A stretch of 62,981 bases of DNA, filler included, from Lenisia limosa (Eukaryota; Protista; Breviatea): assembly GCA_001655205.1 (NCBI GenBank). It is 8 parts of 8 records of this genome, joined end to end, with 100 filler letters (N's around TTAATTAATTAA, not from the genome) between each part and the next. Parts side by side here need not be neighbours in the genome. Positions count along the whole stretch, not along the records: positions 19,331 to 41,709 come from LPNZ01009111.1; 7 more parts are not named here. One strand, given 5' to 3'. The notes under the pieces were generated by a model. That model was not told where the DNA came from. It saw nothing but the letters and a program-made list of their open reading frames with translations, and did not search any database. A program made the translations under genes and the position numbers. Shown in pieces: positions 21,546 to 34,276 of this stretch; the stretch's first letter is position 1; every line of letters starts with the position of its first letter.

Positions 21546-23073
21546 CTAAATTTTGGAATTTTGTATCCATCTGACGTTTTCTGTGGATGCTCTTTTGTTT
21601 TTAGTAGTCGCTGCTACACGCTCTCGCTGCGTAACCGCTGCGCGGTGAATGACCTGCGCTGGCACCGGTTACACTTTTCCCCCCCGGAACGCAAGGCATA
21701 GATCCTCCGCTACTCTTTATGGTATACCTTACGTGTCAAACTCAAGGGGTGATTTTGGGAGGTGTCTCTACCCCAAAATCTCCCATTGTTCTCAATTGTT
21801 GCCTGTATACCCCTGTTTTTTGCCTGGGTTGCGACTGGCTGGATGGGAAGGTGGATGGAAGGTGGGGTGGATGGGAGATAGATTGATAGATTCACGCTTA
21901 CGCTTAGTACACACATACATCACAACATTGTTGAAATGTTGAAACCAGCAAATCAGACATTCATCAAACCATAATAACTGTAAAAGCAAGTTGCAGTGCA
22001 TCGCAGTGTGAGGCCAAGGGGCCTCCACTCATGAAAATTAGTATTCCACCAGATTCCACCACCACCACTCCCCAAAACCCGGTTTCCACCATCCACCATT
22101 TTTTTTGGCATAAACGTTGTATATAATATAATAATTAGACCTAATTTGTACCTAATAAGAACCTAATACATTTGAATTACATATATAACTACACTTAACT
22201 GAAAACTACTACTCAATGACTCAACTCATTCGAAGGGACTCACTGTCCTATTGCCCTTTTTTTTTTTTTTTTTTTTTTTTNNNNNNNNNNNNNNNNNNNN
22301 NNNNNNNNNNNNNNNNNNNNNNNNNNNNNNNNNNNNNNNNNNNNNNNNNNNNNNNNNNNNNNNNNNNNNNNNNTGGTGGATACTAATTTTCTTGAGCGGA
22401 GGCCCCCTGTGTGAGGCCACAATTAGACCCACTCACCTCCCCATACCTTGATAGGTTCAACGCCAATATAATATTTTCCAGGGTTAGAATGGACGTGAAC
22501 ATTGAGTTGAGCTGAACAATATTAGCAGGTTAATTCTCTGAATATCAGGTTCGGGAAGATAAAAATATAGAGGTAAGTTGTTCAGCCCAGACGATTTCGC
22601 AGCGCTCTGGGTCGGATATTCCACCTTCCCAACACCAAAATTCGTCAGTGAACGTATTCTTCTGCAAAGCTGATCAGAATACCATTGCAAATAAAGCAGT
22701 TTTGAACATCGTGATTGAAGCAAAGGTTACATTACATTTGGGGTCGAATGTGTGACATCTTACCTTATATTTTTCATTTCCACAACTGTAAACTATCATT
22801 TCCCAACTTTCCCAAGNNNNNNNNNNNNNNNNNNNNNNNNNNNNNNNNNNNNNNNNNNNNNNNNNNNNNNNNNNNNNNNNNNNNNNNNGTAACATTGCAA
22901 CTCGACCCTCCCCCCCTTTTTTTTTCATCCCCCCTTCACAATTTTTTTTTTGTTTGTTTTTTCACATGTATGTGTGGCCTGGTTGCTTGATTGGTTAATA
23001 TTAAGTGTGATTTTCAAAAGGTTGAAAAGCACTTTGAGCGGATATCCCAAACAACTTCCTCGATTGGCTCCAT
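21546..23073 (-). CDS. Hypothetical multi-exon protein
   Basis: Phase-compatible GT-AG exons can be chained (MEPIEEVVWDIRSNCGNEKYKLCRRIRSLTNFGVGK..ALNLSRGIQATIENNGRFWGRD..), but no family was recognised. Confidence 0.3.
22017..22408. mobile_element. Non-autonomous Mutator-like (MULE) element with an 11-bp target-site duplication
   Basis: TIRs AGGGGCCTCCACTCATGAAAATTAGTATTCCACCA and TGGTGGATACTAATTTTCTTGAGCGGAGGCCCCCT, flanked by the direct repeat GTGTGAGGCCA at 22006-22016 and 22409-22419. Confidence 0.8.
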
Positions 23074-23196
23074 GCACGTATTCATAATAAATACAACAAA
23101 AATACAATATATTACATCAATATCAACTATCCAACACCAATCACAAATGAGACTGTAAAGAAAAGGGACTTCAGAAACAGCTGGCACCTTCTCCCA

Positions 23197-25971
23197 TCAG
23201 TCCAACAAGCTGCCTTCTGGTGCTGTGCAAAGAGCTAGAAGAGAAAATCTATGAATATAAGATTTCCTGAATATGATGAAGACAAAAATGGCAGTGCGTC
23301 TGTTTACCGAATATCTCCGTCTGCCTCGGCTGCTTTCTTCTTGAAATAGGCACAAGTTTTCTATAGAATAAGGACACGAAGGGTCAAAAACAATATCAGA
23401 AGATAAAAGGTAATTGGATCACTCATCAACCTTCAATAAGTCTTCATGTGAACACTCTTCAATTGGGCAGGGGGCGTCCTTTTACGATTAGCGATGTAAA
23501 CAATCAACAGAACTCCCAATAGTGAATTTTGGGCCATTTGCATAGAACTTGAGTAATTATATTCGAGACATCCTATTGTGGATAGCGACAGGTAAGTATG
23601 AATTGACAGGTCCACTATTCTCCACCCACCTTCCTCCCATCAAGTTCAACCAACTGGCCGTCGAGGACTACGTACACGACGTAGTGCAACTCAAGGTCTT
23701 GTTCAGTTTGCACTTTGGCTCCAATTTCGGCTCTAAATAAGGTAAAAAAACAATAATAATGCCCAGATACACATGAATAAATATAACAAAATAAAGAGAT
23801 GAAGGGAAGATATATATATATATAAATTCAGCTGTAACAGTATTCTCAGATTGTATTTTTTTCTCTATTTCAGTAATCGAGAAACCAGTGACCACATGAA
23901 CATGACTTAAATGTATCAGGAAGGGAGGACATCTAGCTAACACTGTTGACTACTTCGTAGGCATTTCTAATTCGTTTTTGTTTGTAATACTCGGTTTGGA
24001 TTTATCTTGATTTAGAATCATTAGCTTCAGTCTTGTTTTATTGTTATTACTCTGCCCTTGTTTTATCAAATTGATTCACCATTTTCGGAGCTGTTGTATT
24101 NNNNNNNNNNNNNNNNNNNNNNNNNNNNNNNNNNNNNNNNNNNNNNNNNNNNNNNNNNNNNNNNNNNNNNNNNNNNNNNNNNNNNNNNNNNNNNNNNNNN
24201 NNNNNNNNNNNNNNNNNNNNNNNNNNNNNNNNNNNNNNNNNNNNNNNNNNNNNNNNNNNGGGGAATAATAGCACTAGGGCTTTGAAAAGCTCCCCTATTT
24301 AATCTTTGAACCTCGACATTGTGACAGACTTGGCGCATAACGCGGCCGCGTCTGGGTTAACGAAGGGCAATCTGCAGACAGAAATGAAAGTTGTAGCAAT
24401 TGCAAGGACATGCTGACGACTGTGTCCATTAGCAATGAACTTTTTAAAGAGTAATACAGCATTATACCTGAAGGCAGTAACTGACGAGCAGAGCCTAGCA
24501 TATCGAGTCAGTTGGCCAATAATAATTCCTTTCAAGATGTGTTTAGGTACAGTTGAAGAGGAATGAGGATAGAAGACTTCGAAAGAAAAATCCTTGCGTT
24601 TGTCAAATATCGAGGGGAGTAAAATTAGAAATTTTATGAAGAAAAAAAAGCCCAAAATTAACTCTGTTGGCAGACAACATACAAGGGTTGATAGCAACAA
24701 AACAGACAAAGCCCAGGCCAGTCACTTCTGCAGCGCCACATCCCATCACTCCAGCTAATTGTTTACTCGTATTGATTTTTTCTCTCTAATTAAGTCTCAA
24801 CCAGCTTAATTTTGATTTAGTATTACCTTGCAGCAAATCAAAAAAAGAAAAGAAAAAAGAATGGTGGGGGAATGATCAAATCACAAACGTTCTCAAAGAA
24901 TGACTGAAAACCCCAACAAACCTTTTCTTGTGGACATCTCTCCAGTCAACAGCACAAAGCGCCAAACCTGGGATGATTACATTGGTATCCCAACAAATGA
25001 TGAACCAACCTCGTTCAGCATCTGAAGATTTAAAGTGGCCACTCTTTAACTTCTCCATCATACTGCCCTTCTTTAATTCAATGTTGGAGTTGCAGCAAGC
25101 ATCTAGCATATTTAGAAAGGCGTAGTACTCCACAAAGTACCCAGTTCAGAGGAAACAAATCAATCTTAATCACCCCCCACGTATCAGTCCGATGGTGCCG
25201 CACGCATTGCGAATGACCTGCTTGACAAAAAAGGCTGATGGCACTTCTCCTACTTCCTTGGCGGCCACTTTCTTGTTGAATTCGTTCCTGTCCTCCATCA
25301 TCTGAGGGGTTACTCCATAAAACATTCATGCTTTTGGTGGATTTTGTTAATTGCACATGATTGATGAACCGACCCCAAGTAAACCGCCGTGGACTCACTC
25401 ACCTTTTCGTTTAACGGCGCCACCATCATGATGGCGTTGACAGGTTCAGGCACAAGGCAAAACAGCTCCTCTTCAAGGCTTGGAATGTCGTGCAGGGACA
25501 AGTCATCAGAGACGCCAAGCTCCTTCATATACTGGCTGAGTAAGACAATGCTCAAAGAAAGCAAACGGAAGTGGTGAAATCATTTATGAAATCCGTAGGC
25601 AAATAAGTAAACGTATGAGTTAGTAGAAAATAAATGGCAAAGAACCACCCCCTTACAGGATTGAGAATTGTTGGGGCTCCTTCAATAGGCACCCTAAAAT
25701 GGTAAGGGGGGCTTAGCGCTCGTCTGTGACTAATTTCATCTTGCAACAAACAGCAGCGAAATACTATTTACATGTGGAACAAAGGAGAGGGAGAGGGGCG
25801 AAAATGACCACACAATTACATTAATCAATCTGCTGCATTGCTGCATCGCTGCTCCTCCCATTTGTTATATTTCTTCTGCATCAATCAAGCATCAATCCAT
25901 TAAGCCCTCACAGGAACTCTTCCTCACCCTCTCCCCCCTAACCAGACTTCAGCGACATCTCCATCACCCAT
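23197..25971 (-). CDS. UCHL3: Ubiquitin C-terminal hydrolase, UCH-L3/Yuh1 type (peptidase C12), apparently complete
   Basis: MGDGDVAEVWVPIEGAPTILNPYMKELGV..LVPEPVNAIMMVAP..FFVKQVIRNACGTIGLIHACCN..LELHYVVYVVLDGQLVELDGRKDAPCPI..DGDIRFSLLAL..*; catalytic Q, C, H and D are all present. Confidence 0.9.
24299..24621 (-). mobile_element. Penelope-like retroelement fragment (C-terminal region of the RT) inside a UCH intron
   Basis: SIFDKRKDFSFEVFYPHSSSTVPKHILKGIIIGQLTRYARLCSSVTAFRYNAVLLFKKFIANGHS matches the PLE post-RT signature YDKRDDF.F....P...S......G....QL.RY.R.CS....F......L...L...GY. Confidence 0.8.
24614..24755 (-). repeat. Composite B+A repeat fused to the Penelope-like fragment
   Basis: On the minus strand: GCTGGAGTGATGGGATGTGGCGCTGCAGAAGTGACTGGCCTGGGCTTT (B) ... 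CCAACAGAGTTAATTTTGGGCTTTTTTTCTTCATAAAATTTCTAATTTTACTCCCC (A). Confidence 0.75.
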
Positions 25972-26301
25972 TCTTGAAGCGACTCCCTGTTCTCTTTTTT
26001 AATTGAAATTTAAACTAACTAACTAAGCTGTAACTAAGTTGAACAACGAAAAGATAGAGCCTGAAAACAGTGCAGTTTCTGTTTTGGGCAACTTCGCGGC
26101 TCCGGGCCTGGCCCAGGGCGCAGAGATGATTGTACTTTTGTACGTTTTTGGGCTTTACAAAAAATTGCTCCCCNNNNNNNNNNNNNNNNNNNNNNNNNNN
26201 NNNNNNNNNNNNNNNNNNNNNNNNNNNNNNNNNNNNNNNNNNNNNNNNTGTGTGTACTTCCCTTTTCAAGTTAGCCAGAACAATTACATTCAAATACCAT
26301 A

Positions 26302-28330
26302 TTAAAGGTCATTTACATCAATCTCATCAAAATTCATGGACAAATTTGACTTCTTCGCTTGTTCAGCCATGCTTGCGGCCTTGGCCTATGTTGTGAGTTA
26401 GTTCAGAAATAGTAGGTATCTTCAGTAAAGAAGGAAAAAGGCAGCTGGGATTACATAGTTTACATAGGATTCCACAATAAACCCAGTACCTTGTCTTCTT
26501 CTGATACAACTGCCACGTCTTTCTTCTTGAACCCTGCCAGCTTGACCTGCACCCATTAACAGCAGCCCAAGATGTATGGTTTTGAAAAGGTAAGACAAAT
26601 CAGAAATAAATCTGGGGTCACGAGAAGCCAACCTTTTCAACCTCCTTCTCAATATCTTCGGGGGATAGACCTTTCTTTTCCAATTTCTTGGCTGCTCTCT
26701 CTGCAAGAATCTTTTCCTTTTGCTTCACTGCACGAAATAAGTTTTATAAAAACGCAAAGAGAATTCAACTCCCCCTCTTATGAGTTATTGTTTCCATATC
26801 ATATTACGTACGTCTCAAATAATAACAGCACCACATACACTTCTTTTTGTCTCTTTTGCTTTTTGCCTTTTCATGCTTCTGTTCAAACTCCTCATCCCTG
26901 ATCTCCTTGATCTGTTTTGCAATTTCATTTTGCGTTTCCTAGTGGGGTCAGAAAAAGAGTTTCAGCAAATTTGAATCCTCAATTTAATGAATTAAACTAA
27001 ATAAACTAACACTAACTTAATACTTTTAGAGTAGTAGACTATCATTTTACAAGAAATGAAACACAGTTTAAATGATAATCATATGATAAATGAATTTACG
27101 CAACTATTCACATTTTTCAACTTATATTGATAGATAAACCATTTATCACACATAGCTATAAAATTACAATCTCCACCATACCCCCAAACCTTCTCCCAAA
27201 GGTCATCAATTGCCTTGAGCCTCTGAAGTGGAGTGAGACCAATAGGACATGAACAAAGATGAAAAGAGTTCAAAAGCAACTTTGTCCCCCTCATAGTGTG
27301 CACACACACACGCACGCATGCACGCCCACATCCATACAGACAGACACACAGACACGTGTACAGATACACATGCCCACACCCACTCAAACACACACACGTA
27401 ATCTGCAGTCCCAGAAGTTGATCTACTCCTGTTCCACAAACCTCATGCTCAAGCCGCCTTCTGTTCTTGTAAATATGGAAGTGATTACTCGTACAACCTG
27501 AGCTGGAACCTAGGGTGTTATCATTTCAGATATAAATTAATAATCATAAGCTCAAAAATCAGAATGCAATCTAGAATACAATTACTATCATATCAAACCG
27601 GTTGGATACAAAAGCAGGTTGGTAAACCAGGTTTTTACCTCGGGGTTTTGGTCAATGCACTTACATAGGCGAATGTAAGACCTCTTGTTACTTGTTCTTT
27701 TACGGCTTTTCTCGAGCATACTAACAACTTACTTTGAACTGCATTAACGAAATCTCTGGTTGTAGTGGTTTTAAGATCACCAACATTGGTTAGGTCGAAT
27801 TACGTTTATATTGGGCACATTTAAAGATGTTCTCAAGCTTAAATGTGTAATAATGGTATTTTACAGCGGACAATCTTGCTTTACTCTTTCTTCCTTTTAC
27901 TTTCTCCTTGGTTTCGGCATCTGTATTTAGACAGGTTATTATAATTGAGCAGGGCGTAGACTGATTTATGATGATTCACAGACTGGCCGTGAATCCGAGC
28001 CGAGTTTCTGGTTTACCAACCTGCTTTAATAATATTCCACCAAGAAGCCAGAAACGTTGGGTTGGATATATATGTTAGATGTTGCCACAAAAGGAACTGT
28101 CTGTCCCCTCAAACTCTGAACGAATTCATATTTCCACTCCTTCTCGTGGTCAATAGAATCGAAGAACTTCTGCTTGTCAACCTAGAATATTGTTAAATCA
28201 CAAGGTGAACGCTTGCAAAGGCAAAAAAAAAAGAACTGTAACCAAAAACAAAAACAAAAGGAGGCAAGAATGGCACAAACACACACTAACCTTGACCTGG
28301 GGCTCATAATGGGGTTTACGCGGCGCTAAG
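26302..28330 (-). CDS. PRKRIP1: PRKR-interacting protein 1-like (DUF1168) splicing-associated protein; start codon not resolved (probably ~28.3-28.6 kb)
   Basis: YEFVQ..SSGCTSNHFHIYKNRRRLEHERLKAIDDLWEKETQNEIAKQIKEIRDEEFEQKHEKAKSKRDKKLKQKEK resembles [42 protein letters not shown]; stop TAA at 26302-26304. Confidence 0.7.
27295..27397. repeat. CA-rich microsatellite (intronic)
   Basis: GTGTGCACACACACACGCACGCATGCACGCCCACATCCATACAGACAGACACACAG... Confidence 0.7.
27611..28027. mobile_element. Putative ~420-bp MITE bounded by a perfect 20-bp inverted repeat
   Basis: AAAGCAGGTTGGTAAACCAG (27611-27630) and CTGGTTTACCAACCTGCTTT (28008-28027). Confidence 0.5.
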
Positions 28331-28913
28331 ATAATAAGATGAAACAACATGATGAGAAAATATCGGAATAAAAATGGTGAAAAACAAGACCTACCCATAG
28401 TGTGATCTCAGGGAGGCGACTTGGGTAGAAACTATTAGACCAATGAATAAAAGGTTTATCTAGCAATCTGAGGTACTTCAATTGGGAGGGAAGTCTGAAG
28501 ATGCAGTTGTACAGAAAGAGCAGAGGCAAAGAAACAAACAGTATTTGATTTTCCTATGTATAATATATATTATTACAACTATTCTTCAACTTATTCGCTA
28601 TTTAATGAAAAGGATTTGCAGCAAGTTTGCAGCAATTTTGCAAACAGAGAAATAAAGACGGTCGCGCAGTTTTTAATGCTGCCCCAAAATTGTTATTTTT
28701 CCAAAATTTCAAATACAAAGGCTTTTTAAGCATTTTAGAGTTTTAAATAATTAATTAGAGAACGTGATTGACCATTATTGCCCTTTCACATTCACTTGAT
28801 TTGAATTCTGCAATCGTCCGCCGAAATAAAGCTGTTAAAAGTGTAATTAGTTCAGATTTAAGATATATTTAAGCGGAATAGAATGTAAAGATTTGTTCAA
28901 CAGGAAAATCAAG

Positions 28914-30985
28914 ATGTTCGACTACCTCTTCTCACTGTTCCCGAGTAACTACTCCTCCTCATTTTCTGAAGATGCCTTTTCACAATCGACTTTCCCTGGC
29001 CCTCCCCCTCCCCCTCCACCAAGCTTTGAAAATGACATCTGCAGCGAGCCTCCTCAGCTCCCCATGCCAGTGGTCAATGCCCCGCCTGGTACCTTTTACC
29101 AACCGCCTGTCCCGTTAGAGGCCTACGCGGTGCCGTCAGGACCACTTCCCACCATCAATGCTCCCGCCCCCCAGAGCAGCATGCCTCCCTGCATTGCTAG
29201 TGGTGCCTACACCACCGCACTCCTTGGACAGGTTGGGGGGGGGGGGTACTTTTGTTTCGTGGGGATACGGGTTTTACAAGAAACAAAGAACTGACAATTC
29301 ACTGTAAATCTGGTTGATATAGAATCTCATATACCTAATCTTGCTTTTCTGGATGCTGCAATCAAATGGTGGTTTTGGGAAACAATCAATTGTTGACTTG
29401 CTCTTCATTTGTTCAAATATTGGCAGTTGCTTTGAAACTTCAATGTGACCATTCTTGAAAGGTGCACATTAGTGCAGAGTTTTGTTTTTTCTCTTTTACC
29501 CCNNNNNNNNNNNNNNNNNNNNNNNNNNNNNNNNNNNNNNNNNNNNNNNNNNNNNNNNNNNNNNNNNNNNNNNNNNNNNNNNNNNNNNNNNNNNNNNNNN
29601 NNNNNNNNNNNNNNNNNNNNNNNNNNNNNNNNNNNNNNNNNCGGAACTTTGTTACGGCCGCACAGGCTCAACATTCCGCTATTTATCACTCTGGTTTGAC
29701 GGGTACTCAATCTTGGATGCTCTCGGATGGATGCTCTTAGATACTTTTGGGGAGGTTCTTTTGTTTTCATTTTGTTATGAATGGCGTGTTTAATTGATCA
29801 TTTCTAATCATCAGGAATATATGCCACGGAATACCAAAAGGCAGCCAACCTCAGGGAAACCCGTTTGAAGAAGAACAGAGAAGCCGCAGCTGCAAGTAGA
29901 AAAAAGAAGAAGGAAATGATTGTTTGGGGATTGGGCGATTATTCCTTTAAAGCTTCCTCCAAATACCCTTTCATTCATTTCCAACCATAATTTACAGTAT
30001 ACAAAGTTGATAAACTATACTCAGTCAATATTTTTTTAATACAAGTAACTGACACCTCATAGTCTGTGATGCAAGCCGAAAATCTCCAGCTCCAAAAAGA
30101 CAAAAAAGAGCTGACTGTAGCAGTCACTAGCCTAGCGTCTCAGAACAAGAAACTAGAGTATGTTTTAATGAAATTTCACAATATATTGGCTTTTGGTCAT
30201 TTGTCTTTAGTTACTTGCTTGTTCAATTATTTTATTCGTAGTTTTTTGCTTGCTTACTTACGCAGGATCTCCTTCAAAAGGGTACGATAAACGATATTTT
30301 TATTCTTAAGCCTTTGTGAAAACATTTACATTATTGCATTCATCTAAAGCCTTGTTCCGAGTAACGAAACCAGGGACGAGGTGGAACGGCTGAGACAGCT
30401 TCTGGAACGTTCAGTTAATACACCATCGTCACCGGACAGCATCGACCACCACCCTCTCTCATCCCCGCCGTCTCTTCTGTCAGACGAACAAGTAAGAGAC
30501 ATGTACTGTCTAAAGCAAACGAAAGGCTATGATAAACAGTAAAATCCATGTTTTCACTTGTATTGCTTGTTTCATAATAAGCTCTATGGTTGACCAGCCC
30601 CCAGGTTTCAGTTTGTGATCTAAGTCCGCCTCTGTCGGACTCATCAACAACAACTCCGGCAAAGCCCTATCAGAACTGTGTCTGCCATGTTCCAGTTTCG
30701 GAAAAGGTATGGGAAATATAATGATACCATTTTATGATTTTTACCACAAATTGATACACCCTGATGGAACAGGACTTTTCTTCTGAGATCCGCCAACCTC
30801 CCCACGCTCTCCACGCTGCCACCTTAGACACATTGTCACAGCACTTGTGCTATGATGAGTTTTCTTTCGAGAACCACACCAATGCAGTGAGCCTGTTCTT
30901 GCCATTATTTCTATTCCATTTTATGGTTGGGGTAACTTTTCAGGAAATTCTCCTTCCCTCCACTGAAGACAACTTCTTCTTTTAG
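28914..30985 (+). CDS. bZIP transcription factor (CREB/ATF-like basic region, Pro-rich N-terminus)
   Basis: Basic region RETRLKKNREAAAASRKKKKEMI (N-x7-R) is followed by the zipper SVMQAENLQLQKDKKELTVAVTSLASQNKKLE; last exon EILLPSTEDNFFF* ends at TAG 30983-30985. Confidence 0.85.
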
Positions 30986-31149
30986 TCTCTTTTTGCTAGG
31001 TTTTTCTATTCTATTCTAATGTACCGTTTATTGCTGTTTCCAAATATGCTATAGTCAGGCCTCATTTTTCACTGAGACCCCCCCACCCGGTTTACAATGA
31101 AGAAACATAAATCAACCATTCTAATGTACAATCATATTCCATGACTTGC

Positions 31150-34087
31150 CTAATCCTCCTCCTCTTCTTCCATTTGAGCATATTGATCAGCAAGGGCCTT
31201 TCGACGAGCTTGTTCTGAAAACATTACTAGTTCACATGTAGCAAGAGCGAGATGGGCACTATAAAGGTTATTATATCATATCATATGTAGTATCAGCGGA
31301 TACCCACCACTTATGACNNNNNNNNNNNNNNNNNNNNNNNNNNNNNNNNNNNNNNNNNNNNNNNNNNNNNNNNNNNNNNNNNNNNNNNNNNNNNNNNNNN
31401 NNNNNNNNNNNNNNNNNNNNNNNNNNNNNNNNNNNNNNNNNNNNNNNNNNAAACTTGAGCACATAGCCATTCCAAAAGGATATCACCAACCGGTTTTGAG
31501 AAGTCAACCTTGGTTTGATTGGCGGAAAGATGTGCGAAAGGGGAGGCTTCTAAAATGTGATGGCTGGTAAGGAATTCACTTCGTCCCAAACAATAACACT
31601 AACATCGAATCCCTTGCTACTTAGATAGTATTATTAAAGGATGTGTTGAAACAAAGCAACTACATCCACCCCATCGGAGCTCTCAAGGGATGATTAGAAG
31701 TGCAGGTAGAATTCTTACCAGTTGTGAAAGGGGTGGTCGGGGGAGGAGGGACAAAAAATTCAGTATCTTCAGGAAGGGGTGGAGGAGGAGGAGGGGGTGT
31801 ACCTAAATCAGTAAAAATAGGGTTAAAAGAAATGAGGAATTGTTGCATCTTAAGAGCTGTAAACATAATCACGATATCATTTAATAATAATAGTATGCCG
31901 TATAAACACTAGAGGACGATGATTACAGAGTCACCTACTTGATTCGGGGGGTGGGGGAGGCGGGGGGAAGTCTTGTGGCGGNNNNNNNNNNNNNNNNNNN
32001 NNNNNNNNNNNNNNNNNNNNNNNNNNNNNNNNNNNNNNNNNNNNNNNNNNNNNNNNNNNNNNNNNNNNNNNCCACTGCTTGGAACGGTTTTCATTTCGGC
32101 TGCAGTAAGTGGAGTGGTTTTGAAAATGTTCTTGTCTTTTCTTCCAAGAATCTCCTCTCGTCTTGCCTCAAAAGCAGCTTTTCTCATTGTCTGAAGCCAT
32201 CAACAAAAAAAGGACAATTTAGTTTTTACACACCACACCAGACACCAAAACAAGACACAGACAATACCCACGTCCCAATTGGGAAAGATGCCTAGAGTCA
32301 TACCTTTTCCATGTCCGAATCCACACGTGACACCTTCATTCCCGGAAACCCATTTAGGATAGGAGTCTGGAGGGTGAATCAGGAAGAACACCCAATAATC
32401 GCATTTGTTTCGAGAAAAGTAATACACTATCATACTGCAACTTTTCTGTCTCTGAACACAATGTAAGCGGCTCTCTTTCCCTTCTTGAAGGACACCAAGT
32501 CAATTGGTCCATATTTTGACAAAAGACGCTGGAACATGAATTCTTGAAAACTGGTACAACAAATCAGCTGGGATACTAAGAATTATCAAATATGACATAA
32601 AGTGATACTAAAACTCTTTTCTTTTGTATCATACACAATATACATGTATGTGTCTGTCATAAAAATGCTACTCAATAGATTTATGTATATATTCCTAACT
32701 TCAATTGAACAAAATTAATAATATTTCCAATTACTTTGGCTATCTCAATGAAACAACTATATCAAGAGAACATGTGTCATCCTAGTATGCTTAAAACTTC
32801 CTCACCCTCAACAAGTCTTCTTCGTAGAGGCTGTCTTCCCTGAACTTCAATCGAACACAGAGGGCTGAAAAATCATCAATAGAGTCTAATGCCAAGATTG
32901 TAATTTGAACAAATATATCGTCAATAAAGCAGCAATATTCACAAACTAAATCTGCACGGAGCTTGTGACAAAACTGGTCAGAAATATTTATTGAACCGCA
33001 CTCACCCTCGCCAATCTTCCGCAGGTCATTAGCTCTGAGCTCCGCCTGGCGCTCGGCCTCCTCAACGTCAAGGTCAGCGAAGAACTTCTTCGCACTGCTC
33101 TCGCGGTCGGAAGCCTTGGGTGTCATTCGTTCAGTGGAACAGTATAAAACATAAACGGGAGTCATTCATTTAGTGGAAAAGTATAGAACATAAACGAAGG
33201 AAAACATCAAAAAAAAAACAACATTCTCAACATCCTCATAACCGCATCCCTCCATTGTCATAACTGCATCCCTCCATTGTCTAATTATCACCCCAACCTG
33301 CTGTGCCCTGGCAACATTGGCTGCCTGACGCTCTTTCATTCGTTGAAGCTCCGCCAGCTTCTCGCGTGCCTCCAGCGCTGCACTGGTGAGACCATTTACT
33401 TATAAACCGCAGCAGTGAGTGTCTTCGAGGGAATAAAAGGGCGCATATACACCACAAACTATCGCGCATCTGTTTGCGTTCATTGGAGATGGAGTCCCTC
33501 TTGATTTTAGCGGCTTTCTTGACGTCATACTCCTTATGAAAGGCCTGAACAATAAAGCTCTTGGTGACGCGAGAATTATGCAAAAAAAAAAAAAAGTCAT
33601 GGTCCTTTTTGTATTCACTTTGAAAAGTACATAAGAATATACGCAAAATTACGTCAGACCTCTCTCGAGGCAGGGTCCGAAAGAACTGTGTAGGCCTTGT
33701 TGATCAAATGAAAGCGGTGTTCGGCCTCTAAAAGCAATTAGACATGACCAGCTCCACTTGGGTCAGCACAGGGAAAACAACCACAATCATCGCAAAACAA
33801 AATGAAAACCCTTTGGTTCCAGAATAAGATCGGCCAGGCAATAGTTCGTCGCCGTGGGAAGACACAAATCAAACCTTTGATCTTTTCAGAGTCGGCTGTG
33901 TCAAGCTTATCTGGATGATGCACCAATGCTTGTCTTCTGTAGGACTGAAGATGTGGTTAGTTATCTTTACTTGACTTAAATATATGAATAAACTGCAGTT
34001 CACTACCTTTTTAATGTCAGAAGCACTTGAAGTCTTGTCGAGATCAAGAATCTCATAGTAGTCGATGAATTCGTCAATGTCTCCCAT
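31150..34087 (-). CDS. DNAJC17: DnaJ subfamily C member 17 / Cwf23 (J domain + RRM)
   Basis: MGDIDEFIDYYEILDL..SYRRQALVHHPDKL..INKAYTVLSDPASRE..LEAREK..YEEDLLRRLLSKYGPIDLVSFKKGKRAAYIVF..QMEEEEED*. Confidence 0.85.
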
Positions 34088-34276
34088 TCTGCCGAATGTG
34101 CTCACTTTGTTTGACACAAAGTAGCCAATTAAGAGGCCAGTGAGAACTAGTTTCGTGTGAAAAGGGAGTGCCGGGACGGGCCATGCCCTTAGCCCCAAAA
34201 AATTTGCAGCAAAATCCTTTTTAAATAAGGTAATTGTCTTTTTTGAGTTAGTTTATATTCATAATTATAGGTAAAA
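34088..34276. promoter_or_regulatory. Probable compact bidirectional promoter (DNAJC17 / GlnRS head to head)
   Basis: Only 189 bp separate the divergent ATGs at 34087 (-) and 34277 (+). Confidence 0.55.

Noticed and set aside
23430-23630. Apparent scrambled exon order or tiny 15-17 nt introns in UCH (a DVSNIITQ segment)
   Set aside because: A normal colinear model (ELDGRK|DAPCPIEECSHEDLLK|KTCAYFKKK) with canonical introns explains the protein.
23549-23740. Plus-strand ORF with apparent splice signals
   Set aside because: It is the antisense shadow of the UCH exon LHYVVYVVLDGQLVELDGRK on the minus strand.
24299-24760. Hammerhead ribozyme associated with the Penelope-like fragment
   Set aside because: No CTGANGA...GAAA core with supporting stems was found on the element's strand; the nearby CTGACGA words are antisense within the coding region.
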